Source: Flavobacteriales bacterium (lineage in GTDB: Bacteria > Bacteroidota > Bacteroidia > Palsa-965). From it: DNA of 60,803 nucleotides. The position numbers and the translations under genes were made by a program. Shown piece by piece: positions 48,376-57,485 of the stretch. The stretch spans positions 1 to 60,803 of the forward strand of contig JBEIPA010000031.1 of NCBI GenBank assembly GCA_040377305.1. Reading direction: 5' to 3'. The notes beneath the pieces are model-generated. The model did not search any database. It was not told the origin of the DNA and saw only the letters and a program-made list of their open reading frames with translations. Every line of letters starts with the position of its first letter. Positions within the stretch are counted from its first letter, which is position 1.

Positions 48376-49126
48376 GCCACTCGCCGGATTTCAGATTGTC
48401 ATGATCGGCGCAGGAAATGTTGCTACTCATCTCGCAGCAGAGTTTGAGAAGGCAGGTGCAGAAATTGCACAAACGATCCGCAAGTCGGCGGAACAGACCG
48501 GAAAGAAATTTTCAAAAACGGTTGAGGCCGACATCAAGCATATCAAGAAAGATGCGGACATGTACGTGATTTGTGTTCCGGATGACCAGATTGCAGGAGT
48601 TGTGAAAGCAATGCCGGCAGTAAAAGGCGATGTTGTTCACACATCAGGCAGCGTTGGCATGAGTGTGTTGAAGAAATTCAAATCACACGGTGTGTTCTAT
48701 CCGTTACAGTCGTTCTCGAAAGACAAGAAAGTAACTGTGAATGCTTACGCGATTTGCATTGAAGCTTCTTCTAAGCAAGTTACAGAAGATCTCATGGAAC
48801 TCGCAGGCGGAATCAGCAAGAATGCATATCTGATCAATACGAAGCAACGTGAAGTTGTTCATCTTGGTGCCGTATTCGCGAATAATTTCTCCAACCACAT
48901 GTTTGCGATTGCAAAAGATATTCTGGAAGAGGAGAACCTGCCGTTTGAAATCCTCAAGCCGTTGATTCTCGAGACCGCATTCAAGATAGTAGACAGCGAT
49001 CCAAGAGACGCGCAAACAGGTCCTGCTATTCGTGGTGATAAGAAAACACTTGCGAATCACGAAAAGATGCTCGAGCCGGAAACTGCAAAACTTTACAAAC
49101 GACTTTCGAAGGATATTCAGGAGTGA
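48350..49126 (+). CDS. Rossmann-like plus DUF2520 domain protein (start probably 48350)
   Basis: IGAGNVA, VPDD, HTSGS, YPLQSFS, QTGPAIRGD. Confidence 0.9.
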   Translation: MKKQTKKRKPLAGFQIVMIGAGNVATHLAAEFEKAGAEIAQTIRKSAEQTGKKFSKTVEADIKHIKKDADMYVICVPDDQIAGVVKAMPAVKGDVVHTSGSVGMSVLKKFKSHGVFYPLQSFSKDKKVTVNAYAICIEASSKQVTEDLMELAGGISKNAYLINTKQREVVHLGAVFANNFSNHMFAIAKDILEEENLPFEILKPLILETAFKIVDSDPRDAQTGPAIRGDKKTLANHEKMLEPETAKLYKRLSKDIQE

Positions 49127-49623
49127 ACGTAAATTTCAAAACACGTTTGAACAATATCAAGGCTTTTGCATTTGATATTGATGGCGTGCTCAGTGATGGC
49201 AAAATCACTTTCTTGTCGGACACACAGGTTGCAAGAACAGTTTATGCCCGCGATGGACAAGCTATTCAGTACGCCGTTCAGAAAGGATACACGGTTGTAA
49301 TCATTTCCGCTGCTCGCGATGAAATGTTACGCACACGTTATCTGCGTTTGGGCATGCAGGAAGTTTATCTCGGCTGCACAGACAAGGAAGTCACGCTCAA
49401 GGAATTTGCCGCCGTGTACGATCTGCATTACGACAATATCCTCTACATGGGCGATGATCTGCCCGATTACAACGCAATGAAGCTCGCTGGTGTTGCAGCA
49501 TGTCCTTACAACGCCGCGCATGAAATCCGGGAAATCTGTCATTACGTTTCACCCGAAAAAGGTGGAGAAGGCTGTGTCAGAGACGTGATAAGCCAGGTGA
49601 TGCGGCTACACGGGAAATGGTGA
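49123..49623 (+). CDS. kdsC: KdsC-like HAD phosphatase
   Basis: FDIDGVLSDG, RDG, YMGDDLPD, GGEGCVR. Confidence 0.88.
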   Translation: MNVNFKTRLNNIKAFAFDIDGVLSDGKITFLSDTQVARTVYARDGQAIQYAVQKGYTVVIISAARDEMLRTRYLRLGMQEVYLGCTDKEVTLKEFAAVYDLHYDNILYMGDDLPDYNAMKLAGVAACPYNAAHEIREICHYVSPEKGGEGCVRDVISQVMRLHGKW

Positions 49624-49644
49624 GCGGGATTGGGGCATCTTCAT

Positions 49645-49841
49645 GTAACTCTTCGGCAGATCGCAAGCGATCGCCGCCACTAAAATTATTCTTGGGGATC
49701 CTTGTTTCTAGGAATATGCGATGCCTATAGCATCGTTTTAAGGAACTGACCTCAGAGAGGTCGCATATTCCTAGAAACCGTTCCACCCCCAAGATTAATT
49801 TTAGTGGCGGCGGTCGTGTCAACGACCAGCCGAAGAGTTAC
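49645..49841. mobile_element. MITE-like element, copy B
   Basis: GTAACTCTTCGGC...GCCGAAGAGTTAC termini; inner GTTTCTAGGAATATGCGA/TCGCATATTCCTAGAAAC. Confidence 0.75.
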
Positions 49842-49894
49842 GCCATTAGCACATTCCTCGATTAACCCATTGGCAAATTCCTTATTTTTACCCT

Positions 49895-50932
49895 GTGTAC
49901 GATTTCCTTAAGCTGATCCGTTTCCCAAACCTTCTCATCCTTGCATTCACGCAATATGTGATTCGCTATGCGATGCTTGCTCCGTTCCTGGAAGCTCGTC
50001 GTTATGAGCTTGGCGGATTCTTCCAGCTCAAGTTTCAGATTTCCGAATTCGATTTCTTCCTGCTTGTACTCAGCACAGTGTTGATCGCAGCTGCCGGTTA
50101 CATCATCAACGACTATTTCGATGTTCGTATTGATGAAGTAAATCGTCCTTCGACCAACCTCGTTGGCAAAACCATTAAACGTCGCGTGGCAATGGTTTGT
50201 CACATGTCGTTCAACATTGTTGGTGTTTTACTCGGACTTTGGATTTCCTGGAAATACGATGTGTTCCGCGCGGGATCTTTCATCTTCATCGCGGCTCCTG
50301 CCCTGCTCTGGTTTTACAGTACAAGTCTCAAACGACAATTTCTCATTGGTAATCTCGTGATTGCGCTTCTCAGTGGATTGATTCCACTTGTTGCAGTCAT
50401 ATTCGAACTCATGACCATTGCACGCAGTATGCAGTCCGCGGAATTGAGTCAGGAAGTAATTTCCAGAATGTATCTCATCATTCCGGCATTCTTCGCAATC
50501 GGCTACAGTTTGTTTGCATTCCTGGTTACGCTCATTCGTGAAATCGTCAAAGACATTGAAGATTACGAAGGCGACATGGAATACGGCTGCAAAACATTAC
50601 CGATTGTAATGGGAATCTGCAAAGCGAAAATGGTCGTAATTGCGCTATGCGTTGGACTCTTCAGCGGAATGACTTACGTTCTTTACAAGTGGAATGAATC
50701 AAACGCGCTGCAGGAAACGGAAACAGAATCGGGCAGCTTCCCCACTTACTTCTTCGGTTACGTAATCGTCATGCTCATGATTCCTGTTCTCTTCCTGATG
50801 CAACGGATATGGAAAGCGAAAACGAAAAAAGACTGGCGTTTTCTCAGCGGATTTTTGAAATACATCATGCTTGCCGGAGTGAGTTTCCTCTTCCTCTACG
50901 CGCATGAAATCCGCGCGGCCCTCGGTCATTGA
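49895..50932 (+). CDS. UbiA-family prenyltransferase (DGGGP-synthase-like)
   Basis: LIRFPNL, INDYFDVRIDEVNRP, REIVKDIEDYEGD. Confidence 0.92.
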   Translation: MYDFLKLIRFPNLLILAFTQYVIRYAMLAPFLEARRYELGGFFQLKFQISEFDFFLLVLSTVLIAAAGYIINDYFDVRIDEVNRPSTNLVGKTIKRRVAMVCHMSFNIVGVLLGLWISWKYDVFRAGSFIFIAAPALLWFYSTSLKRQFLIGNLVIALLSGLIPLVAVIFELMTIARSMQSAELSQEVISRMYLIIPAFFAIGYSLFAFLVTLIREIVKDIEDYEGDMEYGCKTLPIVMGICKAKMVVIALCVGLFSGMTYVLYKWNESNALQETETESGSFPTYFFGYVIVMLMIPVLFLMQRIWKAKTKKDWRFLSGFLKYIMLAGVSFLFLYAHEIRAALGH

Positions 50933-50933
50933 C

Positions 50934-51593
50934 ATGCGCATCGTTCTCGCATCCAAGTCGCCACGCCGACAATTTCTTCTTTCTGAAATCGGAATTCAGT
51001 TTGAGCTGAAGACCAAAGAAGTCGACGAGAGCTTTCCCGATCATTTACACGCCGAAGAAATTCCACTTTACCTCTGTCGTAAAAAAGCGGCCGCATTTGA
51101 GTCTGAACTCGATGCCGACACCCTCGTTATTACTTCCGATACCATTGTGTGGATCAACGATCACGTTCTGAACAAGCCAGTCGATGCGGAAGAAGCAACA
51201 CGTATGTTACTCGAGCTTTCTGCAAACCGACACGAAGTATACACCGGTGTTTGTTTGAAATCGGCAACGAAGGAAACGACATTCGTGGTGAAGACCGACG
51301 TGTACTTCCGTGAAATCAATTACGCAGAAATTCAGGCTTACATCAAGCAATGCAATCCGCTCGACAAAGCCGGTTCGTATGGTGCGCAGGAGTGTCTCAA
51401 AGAAGGATTTAATCCCTGCTCACCGGAAGAAATTGCATTCCTGAAATCAATTCGCCGTCATGGATTAATTGAGAAATCAATTGTCTCGAAGGCTGAATCG
51501 AAATTCGCTTGTGTTGACAAGATCGACGGTTCCTACTTTAACGTGATGGGCTTACCGATTGTGGAATTGCACGCTGAATTACTGCGGTTCTGA
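50934..51593 (+). CDS. maf: Maf-family nucleotide pyrophosphatase with an internal insertion
   Basis: LASKSPRR, SDTIV, KP, DKAGSYG.Q, GSYFNVMGLP; start set at ATG 50934. Confidence 0.93.
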   Translation: MRIVLASKSPRRQFLLSEIGIQFELKTKEVDESFPDHLHAEEIPLYLCRKKAAAFESELDADTLVITSDTIVWINDHVLNKPVDAEEATRMLLELSANRHEVYTGVCLKSATKETTFVVKTDVYFREINYAEIQAYIKQCNPLDKAGSYGAQECLKEGFNPCSPEEIAFLKSIRRHGLIEKSIVSKAESKFACVDKIDGSYFNVMGLPIVELHAELLRF

Positions 51594-52133
51594 AGTTGTT
51601 GCGTCACGTAATACAAACTCATAACGTATTCCGAAGCGAAACATCATCGCAAAGTCATAATTGTGATGTCTGTAATAATAGAAATCCACCTCCTTTGGCG
51701 CGTACGTTCCGATTGCGCCTGCCGTTAACGATTGTTCAATGAACAGACGATCAACCAAACGATAACTCAGTCCATATCCGCCTTGAAATGTGAAATCGTA
51801 GTAACGTGACGGATGTTTCTCGTGTTGATAATAAACGATGGCACTTCCTGAAAATCGTTTGAATTCGAAATCCGGATAGTAATTGTACGAAAGAAACATT
51901 CCTGCTATGGGATACTTCCAACGGTAGTTGTAACCCAACAAAGGTCCACCATTGACACCATGTTTTCCATAGCGAATTCCTAATCCCGGTGACTCGAACC
52001 AATCATTCTCCAGATAATTCCCATGAAGCACAGCCTGCAATGCGATTTGTTTCCTGACAGGAACATTCTCCTGCCCCAACATCGGGAGAACATGACATAC
52101 CAGCAGGAAGCCGGTGATTACTACTAATTTCAT
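51579..52133 (-). CDS. Hypothetical outer-membrane beta-barrel protein
   Basis: Signal peptide; aromatic beta-strands, FGIRYEF. Confidence 0.7.
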   Translation of the reverse strand: MKLVVITGFLLVCHVLPMLGQENVPVRKQIALQAVLHGNYLENDWFESPGLGIRYGKHGVNGGPLLGYNYRWKYPIAGMFLSYNYYPDFEFKRFSGSAIVYYQHEKHPSRYYDFTFQGGYGLSYRLVDRLFIEQSLTAGAIGTYAPKEVDFYYYRHHNYDFAMMFRFGIRYEFVLRDATTSEPQ

Positions 52134-52272
52134 CTTGAAAGTTATTTAACGCTGTAAACGTTTGGTTGCAGAGGATATTGCAGTATTGGAGGGACGTCTG
52201 GCAATATTACGATGAACCTGAATAAAAGTTCACTCCACTTACAAAATGAAACAACACACTTACGAAATCTAA

Positions 52273-52926
52273 CTACCGAAGTGAATCACCAGTGTCTTCC
52301 GTTCTGTTGCGCGAAGGTGCCGGTTCACCACCACCTGGCGATGCATTCGGATCGTATTCCTGAACCTTCTCAACCGGTCTTTCGTCATTGATAAAGTCGA
52401 AGTTGGCAATGATTCCGTAGCGTGGTTTCAACCAAACCATTTTGCCTTCTTTGCGTTCGTTCTTGTATGTACAATATTGCACCGTATCGCCTGAAGGCTG
52501 AACCAATGCGATAAAACCATCAGGCTTTCCAATCGGACAATACATGAAAGTTGTCCACGCCATGCGATCATCCGGATCTTTCGACTTGCCGAGATAAACC
52601 GTGTACAACGATTCACCCGTCAATTCACTTGTGCCGGTCTTCTCGATGTCGCCCATCTCCTGTAACTTCTTGATGTAACAAACTCCCCCCAGTTCCTTGT
52701 AGAGCGTAACGTACTTGTTCAGAATGAGAGAGTCTGCCGACGTTCGGGCCAGTACTTTCGGATCGCAATTCGATTTCGGTCCTTTCTTCTTTTTCTTGTC
52801 CTTCTTTTTCTTTTTCTTCTTCATCATTTCCGTTTCATGAGCTGATGAAATGACAAAAGAAGAACTGATCACCGAAGTAGTGACTCCGGCAATTAGCAAC
52901 ACGAGGAAAAAGAGTGTCTTTCTCAC
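52273..52926 (-). CDS. Hypothetical exported protein with a poly-Lys tract
   Basis: Signal-like N-terminus, KKKKKKDKKKKKGPK, MORN-variant-like KEGKMVW. Confidence 0.75.
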   Translation of the reverse strand: MRKTLFFLVLLIAGVTTSVISSSFVISSAHETEMMKKKKKKKDKKKKKGPKSNCDPKVLARTSADSLILNKYVTLYKELGGVCYIKKLQEMGDIEKTGTSELTGESLYTVYLGKSKDPDDRMAWTTFMYCPIGKPDGFIALVQPSGDTVQYCTYKNERKEGKMVWLKPRYGIIANFDFINDERPVEKVQEYDPNASPGGGEPAPSRNRTEDTGDSLR

Positions 52927-52998
52927 TGACTCTAATTTACGGAATAACGATTAGTTTGGGAAAAGATACTCTCCCATTGATTGTTAACGGTGAACTTC

Positions 52999-53157
52999 AA
53001 AATTCAACCCCTTCAGGGTTGTGGTTTGGGTGGCATCATTTTTCTATTCACATTCAATCCTTTCAGGATTATCTTGCTCACGTGACGCTTAAGGCGTCGA
53101 ATGTGAATAGAAAAATGAATTTGGGTAGGATCTACAACCCTGAAGGGGTTGAATTTT
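52999..53157. repeat. REP/MITE-like element with perfect 24-bp terminal inverted repeats
   Basis: AAAATTCAACCCCTTCAGGGTTGT / ACAACCCTGAAGGGGTTGAATTTT; inner TTTTCTATTCACATTC/GAATGTGAATAGAAAA. Confidence 0.9.
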
Positions 53158-53183
53158 AAACCGCGATGTAAATTGAAAACGAA

Positions 53184-53636
53184 CTAGCCGCGGACCTTAT
53201 CGAGAATATCGCTGACGATTTTCGAGTCTTCAACAGAAACCAAATTGCTCACCGCAATTTCATTTTCAGCGAGTTTCGAATCAAGCTCAGCAAGTGTGTC
53301 GAGTCCTTTTTGCGTGATACGAATTTCCATCTGACGGCGATCGCTTGGGCACGTTTTGCGATCAACAAGTCTTTTGAGAACAAGTTTGTCAATCAATCGG
53401 GATGCGTTGGAACTCTTATCCAGCATGCGTTCCTGAATCAATCCAACAGATGCGGGCTTGCTGTGCTGTCCGCGGAGAATACGGAGCACATTGTATTGCT
53501 GAAGTGTAAGACGATACGGTTTAAGCGTGCGTGTTGTCTGTACCGCAAACCACGAAGAAGTGAAATACACGTTCAACAGCATCTTTTGAATAGGGCTGCT
53601 GAAGTTCTTTTGTTTGATTTCGTCTTCTAGTTTCAC
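53184..53636 (-). CDS. MarR-family regulator (GTG start at 53636)
   Basis: QQYNVLRILRG, SNASRLIDKL, DRR; -7 box CAAATATA at 53641-53648 supports the start. Confidence 0.92.
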   Translation of the reverse strand: MKLEDEIKQKNFSSPIQKMLLNVYFTSSWFAVQTTRTLKPYRLTLQQYNVLRILRGQHSKPASVGLIQERMLDKSSNASRLIDKLVLKRLVDRKTCPSDRRQMEIRITQKGLDTLAELDSKLAENEIAVSNLVSVEDSKIVSDILDKVRG

Positions 53637-53736
53637 GGCGCAAATATAACAACATGGTGCATGCGATAATCTGTTTTCTGACACATTCAGAAGCTGCACT
53701 GCAACCAGGTACAACGATGCAGCGGAAAATCAGTGA

Positions 53737-55806
53737 TTATTGCGGTTGAAAGAAATTAAGTTCCACTAACTCTCTCAATAGATAGCGCTTACCGTTTCTT
53801 TCAGCGGTTACAAACGCATCTGTTTGTCCCGCAGCAATTACGCGTTGCCGATAAGCTTCCGCTTCTGCAAGTGTTTCAAATTTCCCCATGGTGAAACGGG
53901 TAACTCCGTCGTCCAGAACCACACGGTCAATAGAACCAACTGTACTCAAGTGCGAATAGCTGTAATTATTCGGAAAGTTGTAAGCGGCAACCTGCACACG
54001 GAAAATCATGCCTTCTGCTTTTGCATTTCCAAATTTCGAAACAATGGCACCGTAATCCGAAGGATCTACAGGTTTCTTTGCAGTTGAATCTTTGGGTGGA
54101 GTCGTTACTACAACGGGCTGTGTTACAGTTGGCACAACAGGTGTCGTTACAACCGGAACCGAATCTTTCTTCGTAGAATCACGCAGGCGCATTTTCTCCA
54201 GGTAGCCCGGACTGAAGAAATGGAAATCGCGAACGATACGCGTCATGTTATCTGCATTGGGCGCATCAATCTTCGATGTCTTTCTCTCGGCACCCATCAT
54301 TTCACAAGACACCGTATAGCCTCTGCCAGCCGGAAGATTCACCAGGTACTTTCCGCTTTCCGAATTCGACTCGAGATAGAAAGTTCTGAGTTGCCCCATT
54401 TCATCGCGGACCGTAATTACTGATTTCATGGGAACACTGTCGAGCGTAACCAATCCAGTCAACTGACAAATGCGCGGATTCTTCACCCGTAAATCGCCAT
54501 TGATGAGGTAAATATCCTGCTGACCTTTTCCGCCGGCAACACCGGAAGAATAGTAACCGTGCTTACCATCCAGACCAAGTACGAAATACTTGTCGTCTCC
54601 GGGAGTGTTCACCGGAAACCCAAGATTCTGAGCTTCGCCGGGTTCAGACCACATGCTGTCTTTCGGAGTGAGTTCCGTCTGGAAAATATCGTAACCACCC
54701 ATGCTGTTATGACCTTCCGAATTATACATCAGAATCAATCCGTTCGGGTGGAGAAAAGGTGAATCTTCATTCTCAGCAGTATTCACTTTTGGTCCCATGT
54801 TGCGAACACCGCCCCACTTGCCATCATCACCAAGCACAGCCATCCAGATATCGCGACCACCATATCCACCCGGACGCTCACTTGCGAAATACATCACACG
54901 CATATCGGCAGAGAATGTTGCATGTCCTTCCCAATAACTCGTGTTCACTTCGCCTTCTATCGGTTGTGGTGCACTCCATTCTTTACCATCGAGGTGAGAA
55001 AGAAACAAGTCTCCTCCACCCGATTCGTCTTTGTACACGATCAATGTCTGACCATCATTCGAAAGTCCTACAGCTGCATCGTGCCCAACCGTGTTGATCT
55101 GATTTCCCAACGGTTCCGGAGCCAACCATTTGTTACGATCGCGCTTCGACATGTAAATATCTTCGAAATAAATTCCGCCGGAGTCAGGTTGACCGGGATA
55201 CGATTGCAATCCGCCAACACTTCCATCGCCAACGTAAGTGAAAAACATCACAGAATCATCTGATGTTACTACGGGTACATACTCTGAACCAAACGTATTT
55301 ACCGGTGCACCTACGTTTGTGATCTCCACATCAACCGGATCTTTCTCCAGTTCAATGGCGTTGTTGCAGTATTCACGTAGTCGCTCTGCCTTGGTTTTCG
55401 TCTCGGGTGAAACTTTCTTGTTCGCAAGAACCAAATCAATGCTCGCAAGTGATTTGTCGTATTGACGTGTTAGATGATAAGCTTGTGCAATGTAAAAGTC
55501 AATGTCTTCCGCTTTCGGGTTCCTGGCTTTTACAGCTTCGAGGTAACCAACCGATTGATCAACTTCATCTGTCTTGTGCAATAAGCAAACACCAATGCGA
55601 AACTTCAGAATGTCGGCATCCGGATATTTTACTTCGAGCTCGCGATAAATTTCAAGCGCGTTCAGATACGTCTTGTTGTAAAACAGTTCTTCCGCCAGCA
55701 CAAATTTCTCCTGACCTTCTTTATCGCTCTTCCAGCCTTTGCCAAGATTTTGGGCAGAAGCCGTAAGTGAAAAAGTAAATAACAGAAGAATGAGGATGGC
55801 GCGCAT
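53737..55806 (-). CDS. TPR + PD40 beta-propeller + SPOR-like domain protein (PorE-like architecture)
   Basis: N-terminal TPRs; VNT...E..P, GGYDIF; C-terminal FRVQVAAY..TRFTMGKF.TLAEA...DAFV. Confidence 0.85.
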   Translation of the reverse strand: MRAILILLLFTFSLTASAQNLGKGWKSDKEGQEKFVLAEELFYNKTYLNALEIYRELEVKYPDADILKFRIGVCLLHKTDEVDQSVGYLEAVKARNPKAEDIDFYIAQAYHLTRQYDKSLASIDLVLANKKVSPETKTKAERLREYCNNAIELEKDPVDVEITNVGAPVNTFGSEYVPVVTSDDSVMFFTYVGDGSVGGLQSYPGQPDSGGIYFEDIYMSKRDRNKWLAPEPLGNQINTVGHDAAVGLSNDGQTLIVYKDESGGGDLFLSHLDGKEWSAPQPIEGEVNTSYWEGHATFSADMRVMYFASERPGGYGGRDIWMAVLGDDGKWGGVRNMGPKVNTAENEDSPFLHPNGLILMYNSEGHNSMGGYDIFQTELTPKDSMWSEPGEAQNLGFPVNTPGDDKYFVLGLDGKHGYYSSGVAGGKGQQDIYLINGDLRVKNPRICQLTGLVTLDSVPMKSVITVRDEMGQLRTFYLESNSESGKYLVNLPAGRGYTVSCEMMGAERKTSKIDAPNADNMTRIVRDFHFFSPGYLEKMRLRDSTKKDSVPVVTTPVVPTVTQPVVVTTPPKDSTAKKPVDPSDYGAIVSKFGNAKAEGMIFRVQVAAYNFPNNYSYSHLSTVGSIDRVVLDDGVTRFTMGKFETLAEAEAYRQRVIAAGQTDAFVTAERNGKRYLLRELVELNFFQPQ

Positions 55807-55859
55807 ACAGAGGAGAATTTCACTTTAAATATAGAGAATTTGCCGCTTCGTACTCATTA

Positions 55860-55985
55860 CGCGCAAGCGCGTTTTGCTACGGATTCGCAGATTAAGCTGA
55901 TTGCGCAAATTTTGTTTTTAAGTTTTATAATCTGCGACATCTGAGAAATCTGCGAATCTGTGGCACAAGCGCCAAAGGCGCAATA
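55860..55985. repeat. 9-nt-period inverted element, copy A
   Basis: GCGCAAGCGC-TTTTGCTACGGATTCGCAGATT...AATCTGCGAATCTGTGGCA-GCGCCAAAGGCGC. Confidence 0.85.
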
Positions 55986-56024
55986 GAAACACAATCGGCA
56001 TATCGGCATATCACTTCGCGATGC

Positions 56025-56084
56025 TTATTCGGCTCCCGCATTTACAACCGCATTCGCAGCGATCCATCCGGTCGTCCAGGCATT
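56025..56084 (-). pseudogene. Diverged duplicate of the 3' end of the YhiN-family gene
   Basis: Encodes NAWTTGWIAANAVVNAGAE* versus NAWTTGWIAAQAVVNGGSESKE* at 56217-56285. Confidence 0.85.
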
Positions 56085-56216
56085 GTCATTCCTCGGTACA
56101 GCTAAAATTATTGGACAAGTCGCTCCGCGAATATTTCAGCTTACTCGGCCTGACAATACGCTGCTAGCACCAAACACAATCGGCACATCGGCATATTGGC
56201 ATATCGGCACATCATT

Positions 56217-57485
56217 TCACTCTTTTGATTCGGAACCGCCATTCACAACCGCCTGTGCCGCAATCCACCCCGTAGTCCACGCATTCTGAAAATTAAATCC
56301 TCCGGTTACACCATCAACGTCAATCACTTCACCGGCGAAATACAAGCCTTTGTGCAAGCGACTTTCCATGGTGCGGAAATCTATTTCTTTCAGATCAACA
56401 CCGCCGCACGTAACAAACTCTTCTTTGAAAGTTGTTTTGCCATTCACCACATACTCATCAGCACACAGCGTTTTTGCCAGGGAACGGATGGCTTTGTGGG
56501 AAGCATCACCCCATTTCAGATTAGCGTCTGCACCTGACTTGACAACGAGAAATTCCCAAAGACGTTTTGGAACATGCAAGTGTGAGGTGCTCACAACTTT
56601 CTGAGCAGGATGCTGCATTTTGTACCAACACAAATCTTCGAACAAAGAATCTTCGTCGTGGCCCGAAAGCCAATTGATTCGTGCCGTGAATTTGTAGTTC
56701 AGATTCGCTAATTCTCTCGCACCAAAGGCAGATGCTTTCAACACCGCCGGACCACTCATGCCCCAATGCGTAATCAAGATCGGACCTTCTGTTTCTATAC
56801 TTGTCCCGGGGATTGTCACTGTAGCCGGCTCAATAGAAACGCCCATAAGCTTGATTATTTCATTGTTCGGCATATTGAATGTGAACAAAGACGGAACCGG
56901 TGGAATAATGTTGTGACCAAGATCTTTGATCCACTTGAATCCATCCAGTGTGCGACTTCCTCCGGTTGCAATCAGCACATTCTTCGCAAACAAAATCGGA
57001 TACGGTCCTTCGAAAATGATGTTGAAACCGGTCGTGTCCGGAGTATCTCCCGACACCGGCTCGATCCGGTGCACACCCACCTCGCTGGCAATATCAACTC
57101 CATATTTCTCGGCTTCATCGAGCAGACAATTCACAATTGTTTCCGAATCGTCCGTCACCGGAAACATTCTGCCGTCGTCTTCTGTCTTCAATTCAACACC
57201 ACGTTCTTCAAGCCATGCAACAGTATCGCCGGTCGAAAATCTTGAAAATGCCTGACGCAATTCCTTGCTACCACGCGGATAAAATGCCGTAAGCTCCGCC
57301 GGATTGAAACACGCATGCGTTACGTTGCATCGTCCTCCTCCCGAAACTCTGACTTTGCTCAGAAGTTTTGAACTCTTCTCAATTAGAATTACCTGCAAAC
57401 CGGGTTTCAACCTGGCCGCATTCACCGCTGCGAAAAAGCCTGCCGCTCCTCCTCCGATCACTACTAAATCAACGCTCTGTTCCAT
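56217..57485 (-). CDS. HI0933/YhiN(BaiN)-family NAD(P)/FAD oxidoreductase
   Basis: GGGAAG, SGGGRCNVT, GRMFP, THWGMSGP, GEVIDVDGVTGGFN. Confidence 0.96.
   Translation of the reverse strand: MEQSVDLVVIGGGAAGFFAAVNAARLKPGLQVILIEKSSKLLSKVRVSGGGRCNVTHACFNPAELTAFYPRGSKELRQAFSRFSTGDTVAWLEERGVELKTEDDGRMFPVTDDSETIVNCLLDEAEKYGVDIASEVGVHRIEPVSGDTPDTTGFNIIFEGPYPILFAKNVLIATGGSRTLDGFKWIKDLGHNIIPPVPSLFTFNMPNNEIIKLMGVSIEPATVTIPGTSIETEGPILITHWGMSGPAVLKASAFGARELANLNYKFTARINWLSGHDEDSLFEDLCWYKMQHPAQKVVSTSHLHVPKRLWEFLVVKSGADANLKWGDASHKAIRSLAKTLCADEYVVNGKTTFKEEFVTCGGVDLKEIDFRTMESRLHKGLYFAGEVIDVDGVTGGFNFQNAWTTGWIAAQAVVNGGSESKE

Noticed and set aside
52785-52826. Poly-Lys tract as a frameshifting or slippage site
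   Set aside because: Mixed AAG/AAA codons keep the frame open and no alternative-frame product is evident.
56025-56285. Diversity-generating retroelement TR/VR pair
   Set aside because: Differences are not adenine-specific, the target is a housekeeping flavoprotein, and no reverse transcriptase is present.
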